Shown here: piece by piece, positions 26,996 through 38,140 of the stretch | Position numbering within the stretch: position 1 is the stretch's first letter | How the letters are laid out: each line of letters begins with the position of its first letter | NCBI GenBank assembly: GCA_900088475.1 | Contig: FLMG01004242.1 | Coordinates: 90,961 to 154,960, forward strand | DNA: 64,000 nt | Direction: 5' to 3' | From: Hyphochytrium catenoides | Taxonomy: Eukaryota; Protista; Hyphochytriomycota | The notes under the pieces: model-generated | Told to the model about the DNA's origin: nothing | Seen by the model: the letters and a program-made list of their open reading frames with translations, nothing else | Databases searched by the model: none | Translations under genes and position numbers: made by a program

Positions 26996-28129
26996 CTAGC
27001 TCCCTTCTTGTTCCGTATCTTCGAGTCCACAAAAGAGTCTTTCCTCCCATAGCTTGCCCTTGGGTGTGGCGGTCACGACACGAGGGAGACTGCCGCCGTC
27101 ACTGTTGATGGAGATTTTCACCTCTAAGTGAGGAAGATCTGTGGCTCCAAGTCGCTCGGGCCATTCAATGAGGTTTACTCCTATGTAAGAGCTGGTGTCA
27201 GTCAAATAACAAGAGTATAACTGTTTTTGATCTCTGCCAATATCTGTCCACATGAGTAAGGCGCAAGCGGCTCGTCTCTGGGTATAAGGTTCTCTTTGGA
27301 CTAGCCGAGTATCTTACCTGCAGCTTGTTCCTCTTCTGTCATCAGCGTTTCCAGGAGGTTGGGACCCTCTTTCATCCGATACAGATCTATGTGGTTCACA
27401 CTGACAACTTTATAAGACCTCGGATCCAAAGTCGAGGGAGGACAATGGCAGCAATGTCACGCATTTGGATATACAGAGGCGACAGAGAAACAGGCATGGG
27501 GAGGATAAACCACGGAGAGAGAAGAAAAGACGTATTGAAAGAGAGAGAGAGTGATAAACAAAGGGAGATAGGCTATAAAAGAGAGGAACAGCGCGCGGAG
27601 GAAAGAGGGAAGCCGATATGTCGCACGTTATATGAGGTTTGCTTTCATGTTCATAGAGGTTGTGAAGCAGGTATGTAGGGGAAGCGACGATGGCCCCGGA
27701 ATCCTGCAAAATGGCTCGGACGATCCCTCTAGCTAGGCATGTCTTTCCAGCACCTAGATTTCTAGGAAACAATGAGTCAGTTAAGCGGCTTACAGTCGCT
27801 AAAAGCTAAGTGGCAACTAACCCATAAAGGAAGACAAAGTCTCCAGCCCTGCACAAGGCTGCGATTTGACCTCCCACTTCGATAGTCTCTTCCTCAGACC
27901 TTGGATACCATGTCAGCTCTGCCAGCCAGAGGGCAAGAAGGTTAGAAGAGGCTGAAGAATGGAAAGCATATCAACGTGCTGTACCTCTATTACCAGGACT
28001 GGTGTTTCCGGTTATCAGTCGTGAGCAAGGTCTGGTTCCTCCTCTTGCCCGCTTCCTTCCTCCCACCAGTACCACTTTCCCTGCAAACGATGGTATTGAT
28101 CTTAGGGCGGCTGACAGGTTGGACGCCAT
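26996..28129 (-). CDS. tsaE: tRNA threonylcarbamoyladenosine biosynthesis ATPase TsaE (YjeE) with N-terminal organelle-targeting-like extension; 5 exons
   Basis: Spliced: MASNLSAALRSIPSFAGKVVLVGGRKRARGGTRPCSRLITGNTSPGNR|ELTWYPRSEEETIEVGGQIAALCRAGDFVFLYG|NLGAGKTCLARGIV...VASPTYLLHNLY...|VNHIDLYRM...|GVNLIEWPERL. All TsaE motifs are present (GxLGAGKT, SPTY, HxDLYR, IEWP). Confidence 0.88.
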
Positions 28130-28780
28130 CGAATCCTTAAGCCGTTCGTCACCTCCTCATCCTGACAGATTTGAGCCCACGTTTCCTACTATACAAAGGC
28201 TAAATCATCATCAGAAGCGCGAAGCTCTGCAGTCAGTCCTCTCGACGCATTGGATTCTGAAGTTTAGAAAGAGGCTTCTGAAGCTTCACTCAGAAGCTTC
28301 AAAAAGTCAACATTCATCGACATCACCTTCTGCTGGACAAGTCTCCGAAAATAACGACAGAGCCTTTGACCATATGGCAGAATCTTGCAGTAACTCCCTA
28401 TAAAACTAAGCACTGATTACCACGATTCCCGATTTTACCCGCGTTGTGTTGATGTCCCCGATTTGGCGGGAGGAGAAGAAGAGAATGCGATGACGAACGA
28501 AGACCGATGATGTCATGACCATGGCCAGACTTCTTTCCTGGATGAAGAGCACTGCTCAGCCTGCAAATGAACTGTTCTTCGTGAGGTCTAGGACGGGAGT
28601 CCTGCTAGCATGTCTGGCTGCTGCTCTCAGGTGACCTATTGCTGGACGTTAGAGCCCTGTGGTCAAACTACCGATGCTTGGTGTCGATAATACCCGTCAG
28701 CAATTTTTGTCCTGAACTCGCGCAGTTTTTGCCCCCTCCAGGTGAAGGTTAGGCGACTACATCTCATGGGATGACCTCCA

Positions 28781-31700
28781 ATGAGCATCAGGGACTTCTT
28801 TGGACCCCTGTCCCCCGCCTCACCTCCGCCAAGGAAGGGAAGACTCTCGCTTTCCCTCCCAAAGAAGCGCCGTCTGAACTCGCCATCCGATGATGAAGTC
28901 AATGATTGCCCAGCCCTGGACACACACCGCTCTCAGCAAGATAATGGAGTTAAGATCGAAGCTGAGGATCAAGGACAAGGGCCATCTCACTTGATCACGG
29001 GCGGAGCTAGAGTCCAAGGTTTGGAGGAAGGGAAGCGGCACTATGGTGCTGATTCCCTTTCCAAAGAGAGCCAGCATAGTGAGAATGCAGTCATCGTTCT
29101 AAGTGACGATGATGGGGAGGCACTTGCCAATAGCTCGCAGAGGGTCGAAGGCGAAGCTGATGATGCGCTTCCTCCGACGCAACCCAGTTCTCTGGACGGA
29201 ACGAATGACGAGAAATGTGAGATACCGCAGCAGTCTTCAAGAAGGCTTGACACGAACATAGTAGACTCTTTTGCTGCTAGTACGTCAGCGTGCAGCTCAG
29301 ATCAGGCGGTGGCTGAGACGTCAGGAGTATTCTCTGTGTGCTTTGTTTGCAACCAGACTTTGTCTGAAATGACTCTACTAGATCAGGAAAGGCATAGGAA
29401 CGATTGTCTGGATCGTATGGAAGAAGTTTCCAATCAACCGCCAGAGAGATTCTGCTGTCCCATCTGCACCCTGGACTTAGGGTCAATGAGTGAGAGTCTG
29501 CGGACAATTCACGTGAACGAGTGTGTCGAGAGCTCTGAAGCTGCTCAAGAGAGGGACAGAGAGGCACTCATGAAGTCTGTCACCAGGACAAGTAGGGAAC
29601 AGGGGCCCGCTTCCGCTGCCGTCCCTTGCAAACCAGCGATCGTGAGAGCAAAGTCTGAGCCTCCAGTATTTGACTCTGACAGTTTGGCTCCGAGCTCTAG
29701 TGTACAATCTTCCATCACTGACAAGACCTACGCTTGCAAGATATGTGGCCAAGCAGTTCACAGCTTGGACCTCGAGGTGCGCATTCAGCACGTGAAGCGC
29801 TGTGGGCAGAAGTTTGGTATAAGGCCTTCCGACCTTGAGGAAGGAGACCAGCCTGATGGGATGCTTAACATAGAGGAAGAGGACGATACCTTCGTAGAAG
29901 ATTTTGATGGTAGGTGCGTCCCTGCGTTCGCCTACATCCGCTTTTGTAAGTATTGTACTCCTAGTTATCAATGAGGAAGGGCAAAATGGAGACGAGGATC
30001 GTGGAGCATTGGGCGAGGCTCAGTCTGAGCAAGCGGAACCGAAGAAGGGCCAGGCTCCTTTCAGTCTTAGCACCATGGGTGCGAGCCTTTACCGTTGGTT
30101 CGTGCCAAAGAACGCAAGCGGTGATCCACAGGGCTTGCGCAAGGAGGAAAAGAGCCAAATTAACTTTGGAGAGCAAGGGAGCGATAAAAGTACACATTCT
30201 ACTGAAGGTTCTCGACCTGCCAGCCTGCAGAGAGCAGCCAGCGCTCCACCTACCTCTGACGATAAGCCAGCTGTGTGTCCACTTTTCAAGAGAATACAAG
30301 GAACCTCTCCTCCTGCGATTGTAGACGGCTTTCGATATGCCAACAAGCGACTGAGCCCCCATTATTTCCTGTCCCACTTTCATTCAGATCACTACACTGG
30401 GATCAGCAAGGCAAGGAGGCCCTAAGAACAAACACGACCTCTACATCTACCTCCATGTCTTACCTCTCGGCTGGCTGAAACTCCTCCTTCCACCTAAACT
30501 TTTGCATCGTTGCTCCTGAGCTGCACCTTCCATGTTAAGTCGCTCTCTTCCGCCTTTCTTTTAGATCATCGACTCCTGGACTGCATCCATGACTTAAGCA
30601 CTAATGTCTGAAATATACCTAGGCCTTCAACCATGGTACCATTTACTGTTCAGAGATCACAGCTCGGCTAGTTCACTGCCTTCTCAAAGTGGACGCAAAG
30701 TATCTTCATCCACTGACTATGGGGACCCCACACAAAATAGGAAACTACACAGTCACTCTTCTCACCGCAAACCACTGCCCTGGGGCAGTTATCTTCCTCT
30801 TCAAGCTAAAAACGGGGAAGAAGATCCTCCACACAGGTTAGTCTTCATTAATGATTTAACAAGCAAACAGTCCGTGACGTGGAGAAGGAACGAGAGCAAG
30901 GAACTTTCACTTGGTAACGCTTTGCTTTCTTAGGAGACTTCCGGTTCCAGACCGAAATGCTCTTACATCCTGCGCTCCGGCCATTGGTTCCGGCAGAGCT
31001 GGATGGTAGACTAGGCGCTCCCATAGATCTTCCTAGACAAGTGCTCGATGTCATCTACTTGGACACCACCTATTGTAACCCCCGATATACCTTCCCTGTT
31101 CAGGTACGAGATGGTGTAGAGATGTAGTCATGGCGGATGGTTGCGGCTTACAGTTCTGTGCTTACCTTCATCTTTTTATGAATCTTGTTAGCAAACCGCC
31201 ATAGACGAAGCCCTACGCCTGGTGAAGCTTCATGAGGATTCTGGAGAGAAGACTCTATACCTCTTTGGAACATATACCATAGGGAAGGAGAAGATGTTTA
31301 TGGCGGTAGGGGCCCTGACATTTGGGGGCTATTTTGAGATCTGCCACTTGGCAGGGCGGGAACTTCTGATGAGAGTTCCTTGAACAGGTTGCAGAGCATC
31401 TTGGGTGCAAGGTGATGGTCACTCCGGAGAAGCATCGCATCTTGAGCTTCTACGGATGGCCCGCAGACAAGATGGTAACGCCCTTCCCGGTCTTTTCGAT
31501 CACTGATAATGATATGGTGTTAATGCGTCTTGTATGCTTCATAGGGCCGATTCACTCTTAATGGCGACGAAACCAAGTAAGTGTCACTTGATGCTTTTAG
31601 ACGTCCGATGAACTTCAAGCTGACGCAAGCCGTTCGCTGGCATCAGCGTCCATGTCATATCGATGTTTGGCCTTTCATTTAATAGGCTGGAGGAAATCTG

Positions 31701-32254
31701 GACTCGGTATGAAGCGAAGTATGACTGTGTGGTTGCCTTTCAGGTACGACGTACTATCAGCTGCTTAGGTGCAACTTTCTCTTGATGAGCGTTTGGTGTC
31801 CAGTGTCTTTGTTGTCGCCCTCAATGTGTGCTCATCATCTGTGTCGCCTTTATGCTCGTTACTGTTGTTTTGTAATAGCCGACGGGCTGGACGTTCAGCC
31901 GTGTGAAGAAGAATGGAGAGTTGGCTTCGAAACGTGTACATTTGCAGGGAAAGGTGATCATATACGGCATCCCTTACAGCGAACACAGCAGTTACAATGA
32001 GCTACTCGACTGCATAGAGTTGCTTTGCCCGAAGAAAATCGTTCCCACGGTAGAGCTTATAGCAATGCTCCTGACTAAAAAGCAACTCAGAAGTCATCTT
32101 TCTCTACTTTCCTCTTTAGGTGGGATGCCGCTCGGAGAAATCAGTTCAGAACCAGCTGCAAACTTTATCCAAGGGCTTAAGGACTCGGAATGAGAAGCCT
32201 TCTGCACCCCAAGATATGCGGTCTTTCTTCTCCACAGTCCCCTCTTCCAAGTAA
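28781..32254 (+). CDS. DCLRE1A: DNA cross-link repair nuclease SNM1A/PSO2 (metallo-beta-lactamase + beta-CASP) with three N-terminal UBZ-like Zn fingers; multi-exon
   Basis: Motifs VDGFRY, YFLSHFHSDHYTG, IYCSEITARLV, ANHCPGAVIFLF, LHT|GDFR, IYLDTTYCNPRYTFP, GTYTIGKEK, F.PTGW and IPYSEHSSYNEL. Last exon ends ...QDMRSFFSTVPSSK* (TAA 32252-32254). Confidence 0.92.
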
Positions 32255-32989
32255 AACAAGAACTTTGGATGTCTTGCCCTTTGTGACGACCAATAATCCA
32301 TAATGGTGCTTTAGTTGCTCACGAACCTTTGAATTGAGCAACAACAAACAAGTGTATCTCTCTAATGAACGGTCAATAATAAGGCGGATGATTTATTAAA
32401 CATGATGCCGACAACGTCCAGCACCGCATGGAGGTAGATCCAGGGCCCCGCTGTGGGGCTACAGCTTCACCTTCTTCTCCCGTTGGTAGTCAGGGCTAAC
32501 AACAAGGAGCGCATAACCTTTTACTGGCGAAAGTAAGGTTCAACGCAACCGTCAGAAGGATAAGATAACAATAATGCGGTAGGAGGAGTCATAGTAGTAT
32601 CTGTCCGCTCTTCCCTCTCCAACCTTTAGCGGCTCCTCCTTCTCCATGTCCTCTCCACTACTGCTGCTGCTGGTGATGGCCTCGTCTTCAGCGTGCCGAA
32701 GAAGAAGAGAGTCCACAAGCAGCCGGTACTCGTAGCAGTGCAGCAGCTGCTGCTGCTGGTTGATTGATGGTCTAATCCTCAGGTGCCTGAAGACGAAGAA
32801 GGTCAACACCAACCACCAGCAGCAGTAGTCACCTACGCCTGCGCCTGGGGTACTTACTACGCAGCAGAAGAAGAGGGAGGAAGCAGAGCTATAGCTATCG
32901 GTGGTGGTGGTCGTCAGTGGCCTGGGGGCAGCAGCCAGTCAGGGGTCCACTGTGCTAAGAAGTAACCCCATCGTTAGTCAGATGATAAC

Positions 32990-33258
32990 ACTAGCCATAG
33001 TTGACATTAGCGACACTGGCCATAAGTTAACATTAGCGACACTAGCCATAGTTACCATTAGCGACACTGGCCATAGTTAACATTAGCAACACTGGCCACA
33101 GTTAACATTGGCAACACGGGCCACAGTTAACATTAGCAATACTAGCCATGGTTAACATTAGCGACACCAGCCATAGTTAACATTAGCAACACTGGCCATA
33201 GTTAACATTAGCGACATTAGCCATGGTTAACATTAGCGACACTTGTCCTGGTGACATT
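32990..33258. repeat. 25-bp minisatellite, 10 copies plus a partial one (consensus ACTRGCCATAGTTAACATTAGCRAC)
   Basis: Units start at 32990, 33015, 33041, 33066, 33091, 33116, 33141, 33166, 33191, 33216 and 33241. There are no spacers. Confidence 0.95.
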
Positions 33259-33323
33259 CTGAAGCGGCATGAAAGGTTCAAAGAAAGATTACAAGATTCC
33301 GTAATTCTTCACAAAGCGTAGCT

Positions 33324-33740
33324 CTACAATGCTGCTTGAAACGTTTCAAGTATAACGTTCTCCCCGTGATTGTTCTCCCCTCCTAAACGTGCCCTTTCGC
33401 ACAGCTTGAAACGGCGCAGATCTTCTTCTCCACAAGATCCCCCCGCCCGCCAGCTTAGCGGCCGCAACCACCATAGTGCTTTTTTGGCCTTGAGTTTCTT
33501 ATACACAGTCCTAATGCATGGCATGCCAACCACCTTTATCGCTTCGTACGTAGCTCTATCTGCCGTGGTGGTGCTCGCCCTCATAACAACTCTATGATGC
33601 TAGCGAACGAGCCCTCTTCACCTCCTCTCGTAATGCGTGCATCCATGGCATGCCAACCACGCACCAAGGCTTGATATCTTGTGCTCGTGGTGTCCGCCAC
33701 AACAACAACTCTACGACGCTAGCGCCCTCTTCATCTTCTT
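33324..33740 (-). mobile_element. Diverged ~125-bp tandem duplication overlapping a possible degenerate DNA-transposase fragment
   Basis: catggcatgccaaccac and acaactcta-ga-gctagcg...ccctcttca each occur twice (about 33515/33645 and 33588/33706). The minus-strand peptide RATYEAIKVVGMPCIRTVYKK loosely resembles the P-element YxxLRxxxxLPxxRTL motif. Confidence 0.2.
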
Positions 33741-33883
33741 CAACCGACAACTATTTTTAGCTCTGTTGTCTCATCAAGAGAAGGTTGTTGCTTTTTCTTG
33801 TTGTTGTTGGGTCGTTAGTTGTTCGCCTAAAAATACGAAACACAGCAGGAGGAGAGGGCCTGCTTGCAGCGGTATCGAACATC

Positions 33884-36115
33884 ATGGCAAGCAGTACTAC
33901 TGAGGTAGAGACTCAAGTTGACACGAGCAAGGGAGGCACGTACGAAAGGAAGCAGCAAACTACCATTGCCTATCGTCTAGACATTGACGGCTTGCGTGCC
34001 GTCGCGGTGGTGGCCGTTGTGGCTTTTCACGCATGGCCCAAACTGTTTCCAGGTGGTTTTATAGGCGTTGACATCTTCTTTGTCATCTCCGGCTATCTAG
34101 TCTCAGGCATCATTTACAGGGAGCACCAAAAAGGCGCATTCTCCTATGCCAACTTCTATAGCAGGAGGATACGGAGAATCTATCCGGCATTGCTGTTGGT
34201 GCTACTCTGCTCGGTGGTGCTAGGGTGCTTCTCCCTCTGGCAGAACGAACTTCAGGCCATGATGAGGACGCTGATCGCTGGGACGCTGTTCTCCGCCAAC
34301 CTTCAAGTTCTGTCTTTAAAAGGCGGCTACTTCGATCCTGAAGTGACTGCCAACCCTCTCCTGCATCTTTGGTCGTTGGGTGTGGAAGAGCAGTACTATA
34401 TTGTATGGCCATTCCTGGCAGCTATCGTTGCTCGTTCCTCCCCCGGGAGGGCATTCACTCTGCTTTTCTCCTACACAGTTGCCTCTTTCAGCTTCAATGT
34501 TGCCACAGTTGGGCCTAACCCAAAGCTATCCTTCTACTCCCCTTTGAGCCGCTTCTGGCAGATGATTGTCGGCAGCATACTGGCCTATCACGATCTTTGC
34601 CGGACGCAGCGGATCTCTTCCGGCGTTGAAGAAAGAGTTTCAGCCACTCGAAGCTTTTGCAGCACTTCTACGTCTGTCTCTCTTCTTGGGTTTGCAATGG
34701 TCATTCCTAGCTTCATCGTCCTAGATGAGGAAACCGCATTTCCCGGCTACTGGGCATTGCTACCCACCGTTGGTGCCCTGCTTATCATTGCAGCTGGGCA
34801 GGATGCAACTCCCAACCACTTCTTCCTCGCTCATCCCTTGATGGTCTTTGTGGGTGCTATTAGCTACCCTTTATACCTATGGCACTGGCCTCTTCTTGTC
34901 TTCTCGAGAATGCTGTATCGAGACGAGAATAGTACTGCGTTCGTGGCTCAGCCCAGCACGATGGTGGCGCTTTCGGTGGGCTTGAGCATCGCCACGTACT
35001 ATCTTCTTGAGCAAAAGGTTCGGCATGGGAAATCTAAGCTTCTAGCGGTTAAGCTATCCGCTTATATGATCGTTATGGCCTTGATGGCAACGGTAGTGCT
35101 CATGAACGCTGGGTCTTTTTCTTACCTTTCAGCCACCACGGCTGGAATGGACGTCAATTTCACAATCGAGACCATATCCGACAACGTGACCGCAACCTCT
35201 AAAAATAGCACCTCCTTAGCCACTTTGGAGCCAGTGATCGTTAACTCCAGCCGTGGTCCACGTAAAGACAATGCCACAATTGAGAAAGTGCGAGCAGCGA
35301 TTCAAGACTGGAATTTTCCTCCCAACAGCTTTGCCAACATCCCTGGTAACTCTAAGTACCACTACGGCATCGGCGGTTGGGTCTTGAATCCAGAGCAGAA
35401 TGAGACCATCGTTGTCCTCGGAGACTCTCACGCACGTCAGTTGTCTCATAGGTTTGTCAAACTGTACGAGGACGCTAGGACAGCGAACCAAAGCTTCCCC
35501 AGTGTAGTTTACAAAGCTTGGGATGCTATCCCGTCGCTTCCCTGTGCCAGCACCTATGGACCTAATATGGAAATGGTGAAGAAGCTAGAGCCCAAGGCGC
35601 TCCTGATCTCCTTTAACTGGCCCCAATATATTCGGCCAGGCGGCCAAGAGTCTGATCCCTTGCACAACCCCTTACTCTGCTGCAAATGCGGCTACCAGGA
35701 CAGCTGCACCTATCAGAGCCCTAAAGATGCGGATAAACTTCTGGAGTTGCTGTTCGATGATGTGAAGGAGATTACGGCCCAGAGAAGAACAAAAGTTTAT
35801 ATCGTCACTCATGGCCCAGAAGGGAGAGAGTTCAACCCTTCATATATGTCGAACCCACAGGGACTAGTCCCACAGAATATGCAACCTATCTCTCTAAGAG
35901 CTTTTCGTAAGAAGCATGAATGGCTGATTCATAATGTGGAAAAGGGCATTGAGGCGTCAGGCGCGGTTAAAATTGACCTTGCGGATAACGCGTGTTGGGA
36001 AGATGTTTGTGAGGTCCTGGAGCTGTACGGCCATCCCATCATGAAAGACAACGACCACTATCGGCCCTTCTATGCTAGGGAGTACATGCAGAGCCTGGAC
36101 GTCGTGGTATCATAA
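33884..36115 (+). CDS. OafA/OatA-like membrane O-acyltransferase (acyltransferase-3 domain fused to C-terminal SGNH domain), paralog 1; intronless core
   Basis: Motifs YRLDIDGLRAVAV, GFIGVDIFFVISGYL, RRIRRIYP, HLWSLGVEEQYY and SYPLYLWHWP, many hydrophobic TM segments, then VLGDSHARQ and KDNDHY (DxxH). First ATG is at 33884; the frame is open from at least 33785. Confidence 0.92.
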   Translation: MASSTTEVETQVDTSKGGTYERKQQTTIAYRLDIDGLRAVAVVAVVAFHAWPKLFPGGFIGVDIFFVISGYLVSGIIYREHQKGAFSYANFYSRRIRRIYPALLLVLLCSVVLGCFSLWQNELQAMMRTLIAGTLFSANLQVLSLKGGYFDPEVTANPLLHLWSLGVEEQYYIVWPFLAAIVARSSPGRAFTLLFSYTVASFSFNVATVGPNPKLSFYSPLSRFWQMIVGSILAYHDLCRTQRISSGVEERVSATRSFCSTSTSVSLLGFAMVIPSFIVLDEETAFPGYWALLPTVGALLIIAAGQDATPNHFFLAHPLMVFVGAISYPLYLWHWPLLVFSRMLYRDENSTAFVAQPSTMVALSVGLSIATYYLLEQKVRHGKSKLLAVKLSAYMIVMALMATVVLMNAGSFSYLSATTAGMDVNFTIETISDNVTATSKNSTSLATLEPVIVNSSRGPRKDNATIEKVRAAIQDWNFPPNSFANIPGNSKYHYGIGGWVLNPEQNETIVVLGDSHARQLSHRFVKLYEDARTANQSFPSVVYKAWDAIPSLPCASTYGPNMEMVKKLEPKALLISFNWPQYIRPGGQESDPLHNPLLCCKCGYQDSCTYQSPKDADKLLELLFDDVKEITAQRRTKVYIVTHGPEGREFNPSYMSNPQGLVPQNMQPISLRAFRKKHEWLIHNVEKGIEASGAVKIDLADNACWEDVCEVLELYGHPIMKDNDHYRPFYAREYMQSLDVVVS

Positions 36116-37854
36116 GAACTGTACTACCCGTCTCCTTCCCTTCTTCCCTGCTTTTGGAGCATGAGTGCGGCCGTCCTGACTTTCAACCTCTTCTGTCCAC
36201 ATTCCTGCGAACCAAATGTTCCGCCAGATGGAGCAGTCAGCCACTTTATTTGGCAACCCTCAGCAATGCGCGGAAAGAAAGGCGTTTTGGCGCTTAGAGT
36301 TAGAGCGTTATCGTGGAGTCTGCGCAGTAGACCTTACCAATATACTCACACTTTAAAGGCTGTGGCGGGTGGCCACAACTCCCTGCTAGGCTATAGGGCG
36401 GGTTGCTAACAAGGCAGTGGAGATAATGCACAATGCACTCTAGCAGAGTAGATGAGGAGACTAGATCTAAACGGGCTGTCATAAACTCGACAGCGGTAGA
36501 CACTTGACCGTAAAGTACTTTTAGCCTCCATGGTAGAGCAGACAAAGGCAGCAGGAGCAGAGCAGACGTGAAGCCACGTCACAGAAAGAGGAAGAAGATG
36601 GAAGTCATAGAATTGAGCTACAAATACCACTGTGATATTGCTCCTTCTTGGCCCTTCTCTTCTTCTCTTAGCCCTCGTCGAGCAAACCAAACAAGTCATT
36701 GAGTGCCGTTGCCAATTATGTCCACTCTAGCATAGAACGATTGTTGAAGAACTTAGTCTCATGCAAGAGCGATTGTGGCGCAACAGAGGTTGGCGGCGGG
36801 GGCTGAGAGGAGACACCATCATCATGTGCCCAGCTAGATAGAGAGTAGAGAGTCATTCAGGGCTCCCGACCCTGGGATGATAAGACGCTTGTCGCGATAT
36901 GATCCATAGGGCAAGCAGAGAATTTTTTGGGGACGATAGTCCTCCTGCTCCTTGCGCTTAGCATGAGCGATGAGCGCGTCCTTTCTTCGGTATCATATCC
37001 TTGGCCATTGTGGGGAAGGAGAACTCCATCAGCAGGCATTGAAGCTTCAAGAGCGTTCATAACTTGACCAAACACTTATTTTCTGTCAAACCTAGACTTC
37101 AATCTGATTCTTCGTGCCACTTTGGTGATGACACGGTAGAACTACAGGAAGGACAGAAGTGGTGGTCTGTTACTTTCGGTATCAGCAAGCGAATTTTCTT
37201 GTAACTACTACGTACTTTAGTACTGTAGCAGCGAAGCACCCAAACCATGTTATTGCTCTCCTAATTTTATCTTGTAGAAAGGCAGACAGGAAGCCTGAGA
37301 ACGTGTGACCCCATCACTTTTATCAGTAAAACCTATTTACGTGGGAAGATAAAATTCTACGTCGTTCTACCACTAGTCAGAGGCCTTGATGACCAGGAGT
37401 TGAGAGCTGTATCAGTTATCAAAAACGAGCAGAAAGGTTTATGGGGGCGGATGGGCGTTGTGGCGGTATCTTATTTATTTTTCTCGTTAGGTCTATACAA
37501 GGGACAGCGGTAAGGTGGGTGGTAGACGGCCGCACCGTCTCAGGTACTTTCCTAGGAGGGTCGGACAAAAATGTCACAGTAGAGCCCAAACTACATAGGA
37601 AGTGGCGGTCTCTCTCCCTCCTCTGTCTCTCATCGAGTTGTCATATGCCGTATATTAATAGTATCCCGTTCTCTATATGTGATTCTTTCTCGCACCCTGG
37701 TTTAGTTCCTCCTCTGTCCTTTCTCTCCTGCTCCTCTCGTGATGATGGCCTTTCTCTCTTCTCTCCTCCTCCTTCCTTCCCAGCAACCTTTGGCTTCATT
37801 GTTCCCTTCGCCATCATCAGAAAGACAGCTTGAAAGCCGAATCTTCTGTCTCAT

Positions 37855-37864
37855 GTCTCTCCCC

Positions 37865-37904
<40 letters not shown>

Positions 37905-38140
37905 CTCTCTCTCTTTCTCTTCTCTCTCCTTTGCTCTCTCCCTCTCTCTCCTTGGCTTCATCAGAAAGAGTGAAGGGCTCACAGACAGGGTCGCTGTCAT
38001 CTCCCAAGAGGAAGCAGAGGAGCCATGAGAGAACCTGAGGGGAAGTCTTGAGTCTGGGTCCAGGACAAACCGCCCATCTAGCTCTTTCTCTCTTGTCATA
38101 GCTCTCTCTCACCCAGTTCTCTCTCTCTCTCTCTCTCTCA
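37855..38140. repeat. (CT)n microsatellites upstream of the START-FYVE gene
   Basis: ctctct runs at about 37855-37950 and 38100-38140. Confidence 0.85.

Noticed and set aside
32990-33258. CRISPR array
   Set aside because: The 25-bp units are head-to-tail with no unique spacers, there are no cas genes, and the context is eukaryotic.
34110-34412. Similar antisense ORFs at 34110-34412 and 61983-62285
   Set aside because: Their similarity is simply a by-product of the acyltransferase duplication.
36505-36522. Short motif gaccgtaaa(a)gtact shared with about 60193, downstream of both acyltransferase copies
   Set aside because: Only about 14 bp, and on the same strand although the genes are inverted, so it is not a homologous flank.
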